NCBI GenBank assembly: GCA_048128005.1
Contig: JBEUKZ010000131.1
Location: 310,001 to 374,000, forward strand
Direction of reading: 5' to 3'
DNA from: Veleropilina oligotropha
Taxonomy: Eukaryota
Length of the DNA stretch: 64,000 nucleotides
Of this stretch, positions 43,880 to 58,317 are shown one piece after another. The notes beneath the pieces are model-generated. The model did not search any database, was not told the DNA's origin, and worked only from the letters and a program-made list of their open reading frames with translations. Both the position numbers and the translations under genes were made by a program. Position 1 is the stretch's first letter, and each line of letters opens with the position of its first letter.

Positions 43880-44280
43880 GTAAGCTGATATGTTCCTATA
43901 ATGGTTGACATAGTATTGTCTGTTCATTCGCAGCTTAAAACAAACTCTGTCATATGCATGTCATCGTCTTGTTCATTGCCTCAATATGACTAGCTATCTT
44001 AAAGATGCTGATTCCGCTTCATTAAGTATTTTACATTCGAAAGACAATACAAATGGTGTATTTATCACCTACTCATTTGATGATTCACAGGTTAAAATGC
44101 AGCATAACGTATTCTAATTATTAGATAACCGCTTCAGTCATAGACATAATTTGAGCGTGAATGGTTGCATTACAAGCCATTAACTTTATTCGTCGTGTAC
44201 GTGGGTTTTCTCCAGTCGATTTTTTAATGTCACAATATCATATATAATAATAGTAATATATGTATTATATAAAATAATTT

Positions 44281-44900
<620 letters not shown>

Positions 44901-45451
44901 AAACGGTACATGCCATTAGTTGAAACTTTTTGTTCAGATAATGTATTATTTTCCTTACAAAATGTAAATATCGATAGGGGCGAAACTTCCTGAAGGCGAC
45001 GTGAAAGACCACCCTGAATACAAAACGTATGCCTTTTATTCAGTATCGATATTTTAAACATTTATTACAATATCGTATATTTTATTTCTGGATATAGTAA
45101 TCTCTAAACCAGCATAACTTTATGCAAAGAATACACACAAAAAGAGTTAGATTAATTGGTGTTAAATCCCAGTTTACAGAAATAAAGTGGAATCAGCATC
45201 TTTAATATATGAGAAGTCATCAGCACCTTGAGTTTGTAGTTTGTCGACAAAGCAGATGAACAGGATTTTGTGAAGGCTCTGTTGATGACATTGTGACAGC
45301 ATTCATGTTAAATAATAGATATTTATAGGTAATTTTTATCAAGCTATGTTATATTGGCATCTATAATTATATGCTATGAATAGCTTAAATGTTAATATAG
45401 TTATGAAGTCTGTTGATCTTCTGATGTTAACTTTGTACTGTGTCTATTTAG

Positions 45452-45754
45452 ACCCACCTGGTCCTCCCGCATCTTTGAAAGCCACCAAAGTTGGAACAGA
45501 CTTTGTTTCCTTGGAATGGAAATCTCCTTTGAAAGATGGTGGAGCCAAAGTGACAAGTTATCTCATAGAGAAATGCGAGGCCACGTCGGAAGACTGGCTT
45601 AAAGTAGACACTGTAAAAGCATTTGAGACGACGTGCAAAGTTCCTAACCTTGAGGCGGGTGTCGGCTACCTGTTCGCTGTGTCAGCAGAGAATAAAGTTG
45701 GTCTCAGTGAACCATGTGAGACATCAACACCCATCGTACCACAGAAAGCTGCAG
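45452..45754 (+). CDS. Titin-like exon, FN3 type c
   Basis: 303 nt, ends PQKAA. Confidence 0.9.
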
Positions 45755-45958
45755 GTAATGTAATCATTATTTAGCCCTGTTTAACTTTTGTGAAGCAATT
45801 TTTCAAAACTATCATATTTAGTTCAATTGGAGATTAATTTAGTTAAATTTATTACTGAATTATCTGGAACTCCATATTTTTGTTTTTCTAATATCTGTTA
45901 TTACAGTTCCAGTAATAATTATACAATATTTTAACATTTGTAATTTCCGTATTAATAG

Positions 45959-46264
45959 AAAAGCCATCGAAGCCAACTGGGCCTATCGAGATAACTGATG
46001 TCGAGCGTAACACCATCGGCATCCAATGGCAACCACCTGCTCACGATGGTGGAAGTCCGATAACGGGCTACGTTATCGAGAAGAGAGAGGCCAAACGCAA
46101 TTTGTGGACAAAAGCGGACAGAGTTGATGAAGCAACGCTGCAATACTTCGTAGAAAGTCTAACCGAAGATACTGAGTATCACTTCCGTGTGTGTGCAGAA
46201 AACAAACTTGGACTCAGTGAACCACTAGAAACTGACAGTGCTACCATGGCCAAGAGTCCTTTTG
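45959..46264 (+). CDS. Titin-like exon, FN3 type a
   Basis: 306 nt. Confidence 0.9.
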
Positions 46265-46339
46265 GTGAGTTGTTTAACACGTGTAGTGAGAAATTATCTG
46301 TTATTTGACTTTCGCTGACTGCATTGCTTTAAAAGTGTA

Positions 46340-46452
46340 GTTTCCTTGGACCTTACTCATGGTTTCCTTGGGCCTTACTCATGGTTTCCTTGGACCTTAC
46401 TCATGGTTTCCTTGGACCTTACTCATGGTTTCCTTGGACCTTACTCATGGTT
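46340..46452. repeat. 22-bp tandem repeat x5
   Basis: TTTCCTTGGACCTTACTCATGG units. Confidence 0.9.
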
Positions 46453-46600
46453 TTATAATAATTGGATGGTTAATGAATGTCGTGTCCATTCATATCAGTT
46501 AGACCCGTTTTGGCAGGTATATTGGCCTAACAGGCTAGGGCATCAAGAAAACGTTAAGCATTCAGATAAATACTAATTGATAATGTGCTCGTTATTTTAG

Positions 46601-46906
46601 GAAAACCATCCAAACCAGTTGGACCTCTGGAAGTGTCCAATGTGACGGAGAACAGTGCGGATTTGACCTGGAAAGCTCCAGAGAGTGACGGAGGTCAGCC
46701 AATCACGGGATATACCGTGGAGATGCGTCCTAGCAACCGGTCCACATGGACCAAGGTGGGAACCGTGGATGATAAGACCTTGAACCTCACTATCTCTGAC
46801 CTCAAGGACGGCACGGAGTATCACTTCCGGGTCACCGCCAACAACAGCGAAGGCCAGAGTCAACCGCTCGAAGCAGTCGATACAGCAAAACCTGCGAAGA
46901 AAATCG
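46601..46906 (+). CDS. Titin-like exon, FN3 type b
   Basis: 306 nt. Confidence 0.9.
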
Positions 46907-47231
46907 GTAATTATTTAAATGGCCGCGCGCGCCGGATCATGCGCAAGGCGTTTGTAGAGCTAGTTTGTTTTGTAATGTAATGGATTAGTTTTTAATTTAC
47001 TAGATAGAATTCTTCGGTATGAAAGTATCTGAAGTGTTGGCCTTGTAGTTATGTTAATTGTCTCACTATTGAGTTGGAATGCTTCGGTCATTCGACCTTT
47101 GGACCTAATTCTATGTCAATCATCAAAGTCTTGTAAACAGACTCCAGTTAATTTTGGATAAGAAAGTAGAGTAAAAATTAATCAAATACAGGAATTAAGA
47201 AAATCTTGTCATAAAGTCAAGAGCAGTTATT

Positions 47232-48472
47232 GTATCCCCCGAAACAAAAGTGTTGGGGGATACTATGGTTTAGCGTCCGTTACGCCGCACCTGCCGAGAG
47301 ATTCCTCGTGATCGCTCTAGACAGGCCGTTTCTTAACGGAATGTTTTCAAATTTAGTATGTGCATTGGTTGGGGCGAGGACACGACACCTATAGATTTTG
47401 GGTGTGGTCCGACATAAAAGATGGCCGCTGTGGCCTCCATCTTGGATTTTAAAGCATAATTCCTTGTGATCGCTCTAGACAGGCCATTTTTTAACAGAAT
47501 GTTTTCAAGTTTGGTATGTGCATTGGTTGGGGCGAGGACATGACACGTATATAGTTTGGGTGTGGTCCGACCTCCAAGATGGCCGCTGTGGCCTCCATGG
47601 CCTCCATCTTGAATTTTTAGTATAATTCCTTGTGATCGCTCTAGGCAGGCCATTTCTAAACAGAATGTTTTCAAATTTGGTATGTGCATTAGTTGGGACA
47701 AGGACACGACACGTATATATTTTGGATGTGGTCCGACTTCCAAGATGGCCGCTGTGACCTCCATCTTGGATTTAAAGCATAATTCGTTGTGATCGCTATA
47801 GACAGGCCATTTCTTAACGGAATGTTTTCAAACTTGGTATGTGCATTGGTTGGGGCGAGGACACGACACGTATATATTTTGGGTGTGGTTCGACCTCCAA
47901 GATGGCCACCACGGCCACCATAATTGCTTGTGATTGCTCTAGACAAACCATTTCTTAACGGAATGTTTTCAAATTTGGTATGTGCATTGGTCGGGGCGAG
48001 TACACGATACCTATAGATTTTGGGTGTGATCCGACCACCAAGATGGCCACCACGGTCAACTGAATTGCTTGTGATCGCTCTAGACAGGTCTTTCTTAACG
48101 GAATGTTTTCAAATTTGGTATGTGCATTGGTTGGAGTGAGAACACGACACAGATTTCGAGTGTGGTCCGACATCCAAGATGGCCACCGTCAAGAGATTCC
48201 TCGTGATCGCTCTAGAGACGATTTCTTAACGGAATGTATTCAAATTTGATATGTGCATTGATTTGGGAGAGGACACGACACCTAGATATTTTGGGTGTGG
48301 TCCGACCTCCAAGATGGCCACTGTGGCCTCCATCTTGGATTTTAAAGCATAATTCCTTGTGATCGCTCTAGACAGGTCTTTTCTTAATGGAATGCTTTCA
48401 CATTTGGTATGTGCATTTCATCCTGGATTACCGGGGGATACCTATGCGGTCACTCGTGACTGAGAGTTCTAG
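47232..48472 (+). mobile_element. HINE-like element with about 7 internal 135-175-bp repeats, inserted at TT
   Basis: 5' GTATCCCCC..GGGGGATAC hairpin, 3' GGGGGATAC, GTCAC..GTGAC palindrome, CTAG end; empty site GCAGTTATTACATT in the paralogous intron near 53371. Confidence 0.85.
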
Positions 48473-48654
48473 TTACATTTTAATATGGCTAGGATTTCTA
48501 CTGAAGCAGCTATATTGATTAACCTGATATAATTCAACTAATATGTACATGTAATAGCACTGGATAGTATCTTATTGAATGATGATGTCACTATATTATT
48601 TTAGCACACTTATTTAAATCCTGTCATTCATTGTATGTCTTGGCAATGTTTCAG

Positions 48655-48957
48655 TCCCTCCCGGCCCACCTGCTACCTTAAAGGCCTCCAAAGTCGGACC
48701 AGACTTTGTCGCCTTGGACTGGAAACCTCCACTAAAAGATGGTGGATCCAAAGTGACCGGCTATCTGGTGGAGATGTGCTTGGCAACGTCGGAAGATTGG
48801 CTCAAAGTGGACACTGTGAAATCTTTCGACACATCCTATAAAGTTCAGAATCTTGAGAGTGATGTTGGCTACCTCTTTTCTGTGTCAGCTGAGAACAAAG
48901 CTGGTGTCGGTGAACCGTGCGAGATTACAACGCCCATCACACCCCAGAGACCAGCAG
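48655..48957 (+). CDS. Titin-like exon, FN3 type c
   Basis: 303 nt. Confidence 0.9.
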
Positions 48958-49235
48958 GTATACATACTGAGCAGCTGTTACTCTTAAACTTTTGCTGCTT
49001 ATCTTCAGATACTTGAGGGTCCAGATTTTCATGTTTCAAAGTAAACAAGTAGCATAACTTATATACTTATTTAAGCAAAAAATTTTGTTGGAATGCAGTC
49101 TATGGACATTTCAGGATGATCATTAGATACACTTTTACCTTGTTGTGGCTCAGTTACTATGCAATGTATCACCATCTACTTATGAGTTATGTAAATATCA
49201 ATATTTTAATGTAAATATTGCTGGCTTAATATTAT

Positions 49236-49662
49236 AAGTTGTCGAGCGATGCCGCGGTAAATATGGTGCATTGTATACCGAATGAGGTTGAACAATGAGG
49301 CGCTAGCCGAGTTATTTAGAGTAATAAGGTATTCAATGCACAGTATTTACCAAGACGTTGCTCGATAACGTATTTATCTTACTTTCACAATGCTAAAATT
49401 ACTCAACAAACTCCTGACTTTGCTTATAACACTTATTTATATTCATTACTGTGATGTATTCAAAATGGCAGACGACAACTTCAGTAACGGCTAATCAAGG
49501 TATTCCAGATGAGAACATTTTGATTGACAGTCGACGTATGACGTCAGCCGACGTATATGGTATAAGCTTCCATATACTGTACCTTGTCTGACTGGGGTTT
49601 ATGGCAAGTTAGTAAGATGACGTCAGCCAATCAGAAGAGAGGATACGCGGCCAACACAAGAT
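49236..49662. mobile_element. Unclassified insertion of about 430 bp
   Basis: Absent from the paralogous intron near 54150; internal inverted repeat TTGTCGAGC/GCTCGATAA. Confidence 0.5.
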
Positions 49663-49841
49663 AAATAATGTTAAACCTAGTCTACACATATACGTCCTAA
49701 GTATATTATGGAAAATGACACGGAAACATAATTGTGATAGTTGCCTTGAGAGAGATCTAGACTGGTTTCTTGTTCTACGAACAATGATAAACTATCTGTG
49801 TTACAAATGCAAGACAATATCAGACATTATTTTTTATTCAG

Positions 49842-50147
49842 GAAAGCCATCCGCACCAGTTGGACCTATCAGCATCACTGATGTCCAGAGAGAGGCTATT
49901 GGTATCCATTGGCAACCATCAACTGATGATGGCGGAAGCCCCATCACTGGCTATATTGTTGAGAAGCGCGAGGCTAATCGCACCATGTGGTCGAAGGTTG
50001 ACAAGGTGGATGCAACCACGATAGAACTGCTTGTGACAAAACTCATTGAGGATACCGAATACATGTTCCGCGTCACGGCTGAAAACAAAGTTGGCCCAAG
50101 TGAACCGTTAGAAACAGAATCTTCTACCATGGCAAAGAGTCCGTTCG
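49842..50147 (+). CDS. Titin-like exon, FN3 type a
   Basis: 306 nt. Confidence 0.9.
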
Positions 50148-50346
50148 GTAAGGACTTAATGCAGTCAGAATGTACAATGTTGTATTGTATAAAATTGGTG
50201 TACATGTACATGTTATTCGACTACAGATGCAGTTTCTCTTCTGGCTAAATTAATATTACAGTATTACATATCAGTTGTAATCTGGGTTTGTAATATATGA
50301 TACTATACATGCACAATTATTTACTATTGTCTTTTGACTCTTTTAG

Positions 50347-50652
50347 GAAAACCATCAAAACCAATCGGTCCACTAGAAGTTTCTAACGTGACAGAGAAGA
50401 GCGCTGATTTGACCTGGAAAGCCCCAGAGAGTGATGGCGGTCAACCAATCACAGGATACACCGTGGAGATGCGTCCTAGCAACCGGTCCACATGGACCAA
50501 GGTGGACAGTGTGGATGAGAAGACCTTGAACCTCACCATCACCGACCTCAAGGATGGCACAGAGTATCACTTCCGGGTCACTGCCAACAACAGCGAAGGC
50601 CAGAGTCAACCGCTCGAAGCAGTCGATACAGCGAAGCCTATGAAAAAACTTG
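50347..50652 (+). CDS. Titin-like exon, FN3 type b
   Basis: 306 nt. Confidence 0.9.
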
Positions 50653-50847
50653 GTAAAATATACCTTGAGTGTGGAAAATTTATTTCCTAGACACCAATTT
50701 TGTATATATTCCAAGATATAATTCAATATCCAAAATCAAATTTTCCAAAGATAACTTTAATTTATACACATCGATTATCAAAGGGTCTTGCACACAACTG
50801 CCACCAGTTACAATTTATTTCAAAGCTTAATGTTAAAATATTCCTCT

Positions 50848-51143
50848 ATAATAATAATAATAATAATAATACTCCGGTCTTATATAGCGCATTATTACGC
50901 TAGTGTCTCAATGCGCTGAACATTATTACCCCTGGTTATGGGCCTGTTACACTCGATGTACCATCTCAACTCCCTCTGGGAGCATTACAGTCATTTACAC
51001 GCGGGTAGCGCCATGACTTACATAGCTGCCAACCAGGTACCCATTCAGATCGGCTGGGTGGACAGAGGCAAATATATGCTTATTTCCTTGCCCAAGTGAA
51101 ATCGCCGAGCTTTGGGGGCGAACTCGAGACTCTGTGACCAGAG
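50848..51143 (-). mobile_element. SINE-like insertion with (ATT)n tail, second family
   Basis: (AAT)n at the left end, B-box-like GAGTTCGCCCC on the minus strand, absent from the paralogous intron near 55805. Confidence 0.65.
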
Positions 51144-51319
51144 TCCTGTGATTGATCACTTTACAATTGAGGTTTTACCATTTGTTACCTGTGAAGTATA
51201 TTTGGCATAATTGTTTTGTTCAATATTCTTATGTTTCATTATTCCTGCTTATTGAAAGATATCCTTAACTCTTGCATTCCTAAACTGTCTACAGTTCATA
51301 CAAAATGGCACTTTTTCAG

Positions 51320-51622
51320 ACCCTCCCGGACCGCCTGCATCCTTGAGGTCCACCAAAGTCGGACCGGACTTTGTGTCCTTGGAATGGAAACCTCCTCTAA
51401 AAGATGGCGGCGCCAAGGTTACCAGTTATCTCATAGAGAAATGCGAGGCCACGTCGGATGACTGGGTCAAGGTTGATACAGTCAAAGCATTTGAGACGAC
51501 GTGTAAAGTCCCGAAACTTCAGGCGGGGGTCGGCTACCTGTTCGCAGTGTCAGCTGAGAATAAAGTTGGTCTCGGTGAACCCTGCGAGACATCAACACCA
51601 ATCGTACCGCAGAAAGCTGCGG
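51320..51622 (+). CDS. Titin-like exon, FN3 type c
   Basis: 303 nt. Confidence 0.9.
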
Positions 51623-51914
51623 GTAATTTAATTTGATTAATGAATAATAACATGCACTGATCCTTTATTATCAATCTGCAATTGACAATTTACTAAAAAT
51701 GTGCATCAACGTGAATCTATTTCAGAATTTACACCATTATTTATCCCTGTTTATTAATCGTAAGTTTTGTTCAATTGATGATTAAATTTAAAACTTAGCT
51801 ATGTTCATGATTTGTTAGTGAATTATCTGGAACTTATTTTTTTTAATGACTTATTACAGTTTCAGTAATAATTACACAATGATATTGTAACATTTGTAAT
51901 TTCTATATTAATAG

Positions 51915-52220
51915 AAAAGCCATCGAAGCCAACTGGACCTATTGAGATCACTGATGTCGAGCGTAACACCATTGGCATCCAATGGCAGCCACCTGCCCAT
52001 GATGGTGGAAGTCCGATCACTGGCTACGTTATCGAGAAGAGAGAGGCCAAGCGCAATTTGTGGACAAAAGTGGACAGAGTTGATGAGGCAACGCTACAAT
52101 ACTTCGTACCAAGTCTAACCGAAGATACTGAGTATCACTTCCGTGTGTGTGCAGAAAACAAACTTGGACTCAGTGAACCACTAGAAACTGACAGTGCTAC
52201 CATGGCCAAGAGTCCCTTTG
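51915..52220 (+). CDS. Titin-like exon, FN3 type a
   Basis: 306 nt. Confidence 0.9.
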
Positions 52221-52497
52221 GTGAGTTGTTTATCACGTGTCATCTTTATATATATTATCGGTATCGCCACAGTGAGAGATTATCTGTTAATTGACTTGCG
52301 CTGACTGCATTGCTTTGAAAGTGTGGTTTCTTTCGACCTTATTCATGGTTTTCCAATGTCCCTTTATGACCATGGATGGTTAATGAATTCCATGTGTCCA
52401 TTCATGTCAGTTAGATTCTTTTGCAATAAACTTCATCAAGAGACTCCTAATTTTGATCTTCAAGACATGTTATTACTTTCAAGATCTTGTATATATT

Positions 52498-52656
52498 AAA
52501 GTTGATTATTTTGTCATTTAGAGGAGACACTGAGTCAATACATTTATCTGTATTTGTACAGCATTGTTGATATCGTTAAGTTGATTATTTTGTCATTTAG
52601 AGGAGACACTGAGTCAATACATTTTTATCTGTATTTGTACAGCATTGTTGATATCG
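52498..52656. repeat. Tandem duplication of about 79 bp
   Basis: AAGTTGATTATTTTGTCATTTAGAGG...TTGATATCG twice. Confidence 0.85.
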
Positions 52657-52755
52657 ATTTGGCACATACATTCAATTTGTCTTAACAGGCTAGGGCATTA
52701 GGAAAACGTTACGTATTCAGATAGGTACTAATTAATAATGTGCTCTTTATTTTAG

Positions 52756-53061
52756 GAAAACCATCTAAGCCAGTTGGACCTCTGGAGATATCAAACGTGA
52801 CAGAGAACAGTGCAGATTTGACCTGGCAATCTCCGGAGAGTGACGGAGGTCAACCAATCACGGGATACACCGTGGAGATGCATCCTAGCAACCGATCCAC
52901 GTGGACGAAGATGGGCACCGTGGATGAGAAGACCTTGAACCTCACCATATCCGACCTCAAGGACGGCACAGAGTATCACTTCCGGGTCATGGCCAACAAC
53001 AGTGAAGGCCAGAGCCAACCGCTCGAAGCAGTTGATACGGCAAAACCTACGAAGAAAATCG
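52756..53061 (+). CDS. Titin-like exon, FN3 type b
   Basis: 306 nt. Confidence 0.9.
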
Positions 53062-53528
53062 GTAATTATTTAAATGGATCATGCGCAAGGCATTTGTAGA
53101 GCTAATTTGGTTTGTAATGAAATGGATTACTTTTTAATGTATACGTACTAGGTAGATTTCTTTGGTATGAAAGTATCTGAAGTGATGGCCATGTAATTAT
53201 GTTAATTCTCTAACTATTGAGTTTGAGTGCTTTGATCATTCAACTATTGGACATAATTATATGTGAAACATCAAAGCCTTGTAAACAGACTCCAGTTAAT
53301 TTTGGATCAGAAAGTAGAGCAAAAATGAATCACAGTAATTAATGAAGAAAATCTTGTCATAAAGTCAAGAGCAGTTATTACATTTGAATATGGCTAAGAC
53401 TCTTATACAGAAGCCGATTGATTAACCTGATGTAGAACTGGATAGTATTTTATTGAATGATGTTTCTATATTATTTTAGCATAATTATTTCAATCCTGGC
53501 ATTCATGTATGTCATTGCAATGTTTCAG

Positions 53529-53831
53529 TCCCTCCCGGCCCACCTGCTACCTTAAAGGCCTCCAAAGTCGGACCAGACTTTGTCTCCTTGGATTGGAAAC
53601 CTCCGCTAAAAGATGGAGGATCCAAAGTGACAGGCTATCTGGTGGAGATGTGCTTGGCAACGTCTGAAGATTGGCTCAAAGTGGACACAGTGAAATCCTT
53701 CGACACTTCCTACAAAGTTCAGAATCTGGAGAGTGGCGTTGGCTACCTATTTTCTGTGTCAGCCGAGAACAAAGCTGGTGTCGGTGAACCATGCGAGATT
53801 ACCACACCCATCACACCTCAGAGAGCAGCAG
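53529..53831 (+). CDS. Titin-like exon, FN3 type c
   Basis: 303 nt. Confidence 0.9.
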
Positions 53832-54348
53832 GTAAAACTACTGAACAGCTGTCATCATTTGTCACTTGAAAGCGATTGTTGTTTATTTATCTTCAGATAC
53901 TAGATTATCAAGATTTCCTATGTTTATATATAAACAAGTAGCATTACTGTTACTACTTATATTGCCTATAAACCCTGCTTGTTTATTAGGAATTTTGAAA
54001 TGCATGAAATGAACATTTCATGGGATATGTCCTTGATGATCATTAGATACACTTTTACCTTGTGGTGATTCAGTTACTATGCAGTATATCACCATCTGCT
54101 TATGACTTGTGTAAATATCAATGCTTTCATGTGAATATTGATAACTTAATGTATAATATTTAAACCAAGTCTACACATGTACCTCCTAAGTGTATTATGC
54201 AAAATGCCACAGCAACATTTTTGTGATAGTTACCTTGAGAGAGATCTAGACTGGTTTCTTGCTCTACGAACAATGATTAACTATGGATGTTGTGCCAGCT
54301 ACTGCTTTTGCAAAAGTCTCTAAATGCAAGACAATCTTTTTTATTCAG

Positions 54349-54654
54349 GAAAGCCATCCGCACCAATCGGACCCATCAGCATCACAGACATTCAGAGAGA
54401 GGCAATTGGTATTCGATGGCAGCCATCAGCAGATGATGGTGGAATCACCATCACTGGCTATATCGTTGAGAAACGTGAGGCTAAGCGCACCATGTGGTCG
54501 AAGGTTGACAAGGTGGATGCAACCACGACAGAACTGCTTGTGACAAAACTCATTGAGGATACCGAATACATGTTCCGCGTCACAGCTGAAAACAAAGTTG
54601 GCCCAAGTGAACCGTTAGAAACAGAATCTGCTACCATGGCAAAGAGTCCGTTCG
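54349..54654 (+). CDS. Titin-like exon, FN3 type a
   Basis: 306 nt. Confidence 0.9.
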
Positions 54655-54945
54655 GTAAGGACTTAATGCAGTCAGAATGTACAATGTTGTATTGTATAAA
54701 ATTGGTGTACATGTACATGTTATTCGACTACAGATGCAGTTTCTCTTCTGTGTAAATTAATATTACAGTATTACAAATCAGTTGTAATCTGGGTTTGTAA
54801 TATATGATACTATACATGCACAATTATTTACTATTGTCTTTTGACTCTTACTCTTTGGTAAGGATATTATGCGGTCGACATACACAATGTTGTATTGCAT
54901 AAAAGCGGTGTACATACATATTCATCGATTACAGATGCAATGTTT

Positions 54946-55186
54946 TTATGCCACCACCAATTTATTGGGGTGGCATTTAGATTTACTCTTGTCCGTCCCG
55001 TCCCGTCCGTCCGTCCCGTCCGTCCCGAAACCAGTATTTGCGTGTAAGCAACTCCAATCTGCTATAACTTATATTTGCCTTCATGGATTGACTTGATACT
55101 TTGTACACTTGCTTATCATCATTCATACTTCGTTGCTAAAGGCTGCCAGTGGGGGCATCCGTGTCCGGTGGACACATTTTTCTAGT
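54946..55186 (+). mobile_element. HINE copy of the 10856 family, shorter
   Basis: Near-identical head, (GTCC)n and CTAGT end. Confidence 0.8.
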
Positions 55187-55295
55187 CTTTTAAATATTAC
55201 ATGTCCGTTGTAATCTGGGGTTGTATTCTATGATGCTACCCATAATATTTTATTAAGGCTCACAATTGTGTACCATTGTCTTTTGACTCTTTTAG

Positions 55296-55601
55296 GAAAA
55301 CCATCAAAACCAATCGGCCCACTAGAAGTTTCTAACGTGACAGAGAAGAGCGCTGATTTGACCTGGAAAGCTCCGGAGCATGATGGAGGTCAACCAATCA
55401 CGGGATACACTTTGGAGATGCGTCCGAGCAACCGGTCCACCTGGACCAAGGTGGACAGTGTGGATGAGAAGACCTTGAACCTCACAGTCTCTGACCTCAA
55501 GGACGGCACAGAGTATCACTTCCGGGTCACCGCCAACAACAGCGAAGGCCAGAGTCAACCGCTCGAAGCGGTCGATACAGCAAAACCTGCAAAGAAACTT
55601 G
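55296..55601 (+). CDS. Titin-like exon, FN3 type b
   Basis: 306 nt. Confidence 0.9.
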
Positions 55602-56023
55602 GTAAAATATAACTTGAGTATGGAAAATGTATTTCCTAGACACCAATTTTGTATATAATCCAAAATGTAATTCAAGGTATAATATCTAAGATCAAATTTT
55701 CCAAAGATAACTTTAATTTATACACATCGATCATCAAAGGTTCTTTCTCACAACTGCTACCAGTTACAATTTCTTTCAAAGCTTCATGTTAAAATGTTCC
55801 TCCATAATATTGCATTCTTGTTCGTCTCTTGTTGTGACTTGACTCTGTGATTGATCACTTTACAATTTAGGTTTTACCAGTTGTTACCTATGAACTATAT
55901 TTGGCATAATTGTTTTGTTCAATATTCTTATGTTTCATTATCCCTGCATTAATATTGGAAAGATATCCTTAACTCATGCATTCCTAAACCGTCTACAGTT
56001 CATACAAAATGGCATATTTTCAG

Positions 56024-56326
56024 ACCCTCCCGGACCGCCTGCATCCGTGAAGGCCACCAAAGTCGGACCGGACTTTGTGTCCTTGGAATGGAAACCTCCT
56101 CTGAAAGATGGTGGAGCCAAAGTGACCAGCTATCTCATAGAGAAATGCGAGGCCAAATCGGAAGACTGGGTCAAGGTGGATACAGTCAAAGCATTTGAGA
56201 TGACGTGTAAAGTCCCGAAACTTCAGGCGGGGGTGGGCTACCTGTTCGCAGTGTCAGCGGAGAATAAAGTTGGTCTCGGTGAACCCTGCGAGACATCAAC
56301 ACCCGTCGTACCGCAGAAACCAGTTG
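56024..56326 (+). CDS. Titin-like exon, FN3 type c
   Basis: 303 nt. Confidence 0.9.
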
Positions 56327-56613
56327 GTAATTAAGCTGTGCATTTATTGTAATTTGTGGATTTGTTAATTTAACAGTTGTCTTAAAATACAGACTAAAAA
56401 TATGTTCATTAAAGTACGGATTCCCTCTCATCACAAATTTAATGTTCATGAAATTATTGAAGATGACTCTGATATCAATCAAGTGACTGTAACAATATTT
56501 GCCCAAACTATATTTATATGTTGAATACACAAATACATTTTTTCCTTGTTTGAAGCATCTTTTCAAAAAGACGATAAACTGACTACCAAAATTAGTTGAC
56601 ACTGAATTTTAAT

Positions 56614-56850
56614 GAGGGAGGGAGGGAGGAATGATGCTTAATGTCCTGTTATTTACACAATCAAGGTTCAAGGCAGGACATGTCCGTGTTATCGCGGGAG
56701 GAAACGCCGGTCGCCCTGGTAAACCCGCCCTCTTCGGCCAGTCACGGACAACTGTGATTCATAACTTGAACAAATTTCAATGCCGCATTAGCGGAATCAA
56801 GCCAGTGAATTTAGAGTGGACACTCTACCCACTGCGCTGCCAAAGCGGCC
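56614..56850 (-). mobile_element. SINE copy of the 19886 family
   Basis: Reverse complement match; TSD GAATTTTAAT/GAAATTTAAT. Confidence 0.85.
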
Positions 56851-56962
56851 GAAATTTAATAAACAAGTTTTTATCATTTTAAGGAAAATAAGATTTATAG
56901 GTATGTTAATTTTCAGAAATTGTCATCACATGTTATTTACATTGGCAATCATTTATTTTAAG

Positions 56963-57268
56963 GCAAACCCGACAAACCCACAGGACCAATAAATATCACT
57001 GACGTCCAGAGAGAGGCTATTGTTATCCAATGGCAACCACCTGCTGACGATGGTGGCAGTCCAATTACCAGCTATATTGTTGAAAAACGAGAAGAAAAAC
57101 GCAACCTATGGTCGAAGGTGGACAAGACCGATGCCAAGACGACCGAACTCCTGGTTATGAAGTTAATCGAGGATACAGAGTATCACTTCAGAGTATCAGC
57201 AGAGAACAAAGTTGGACTTAGTGAACCGCTGGAGACCTTGTCCGCAACGATGGCCAAGAGTCCTTTTG
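56963..57268 (+). CDS. Titin-like exon, FN3 type a (not in the ORF track)
   Basis: 306 nt, KPDKPTGPINITDVQRE..AKSPF. Confidence 0.88.
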
Positions 57269-57542
57269 GTAATATATATCTTATCTAGAATGCTATAATC
57301 CTATTTGTTTTGTTGAGTATTCTTTACATTAAATAGGTTTAGCATATATAGAGATGTAAGGACTGAATTGGTGATCAATGTTGATCGCTCATTGTTTTGT
57401 GAAATACGAATTATATGAATAACCCATCTCGAAAGAAAATACACATTTGTTATGCTACACTAGTAACTAGTTGATTTTCTATGCATTTGGCAATGCAGAT
57501 AGTAATTGGATGTTAGTAGTGACTGATCAATTTATAATTTAG

Positions 57543-57848
57543 GAAAACCAACCAAACCAATTGGACCTCTGGAGATATCCAACGTGACAGAGAACAGCGC
57601 TGATTTGACCTGGAAAGCTCCGGAGAGTGACGGAGGTCAGCCTATCTCAGGATACACCATGGAGATGCGTCCGAGCAACCGGTCCACGTGGACCAAGGTG
57701 GGAACCGTGGATGATAAGACCTTGAACCTCACCGTCTCAGACCTCAAGGATGGCACAGAGTACCACTTCCGGGTCACGGCCAACAACAGCGAAGGCCAGA
57801 GTCAACTGCTCGAAGCAGTAGATACGGCAAAACCTATGAAGAAATTGG
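57543..57848 (+). CDS. Titin-like exon, FN3 type b
   Basis: 306 nt. Confidence 0.9.
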
Positions 57849-58317
57849 GTAATATATTTTTACGATTGAATGTTTTGGGGAATAATCATGTACTGAGTTT
57901 TGAACCAGGGTAAACACAATTCAGAAATCAAGAGATGTAAACTAAACAAAAATTGTATTGATGTTTTCTTTGCACACAACGTTAAAAACGTAAATTGGTT
58001 ATCCATTAGTTTTCAAATTGACACCGTGCATTACCTTTTTCACTTGCCACAAAATGGATTCCTGAAATATGCGAGAGTATATTTTCAAATCTTGTCTGTA
58101 GGCAGCTGTATTATGTAGAAATGATGGTTTATTTTATAATTAAAAGTACACAATGCTGAACATGAAATATTTGTCTTTGGAGACACAAATGCGTACCAAA
58201 TATACTGCATGCATATACAGCGATCATTTTGTAAAATTTTGACCAAACTTAATTTAGAAGCAGATATTGGATAAAATGTTTGGTACATGCACTTACCTGA
58301 AATGTCTTATTTTTCAG

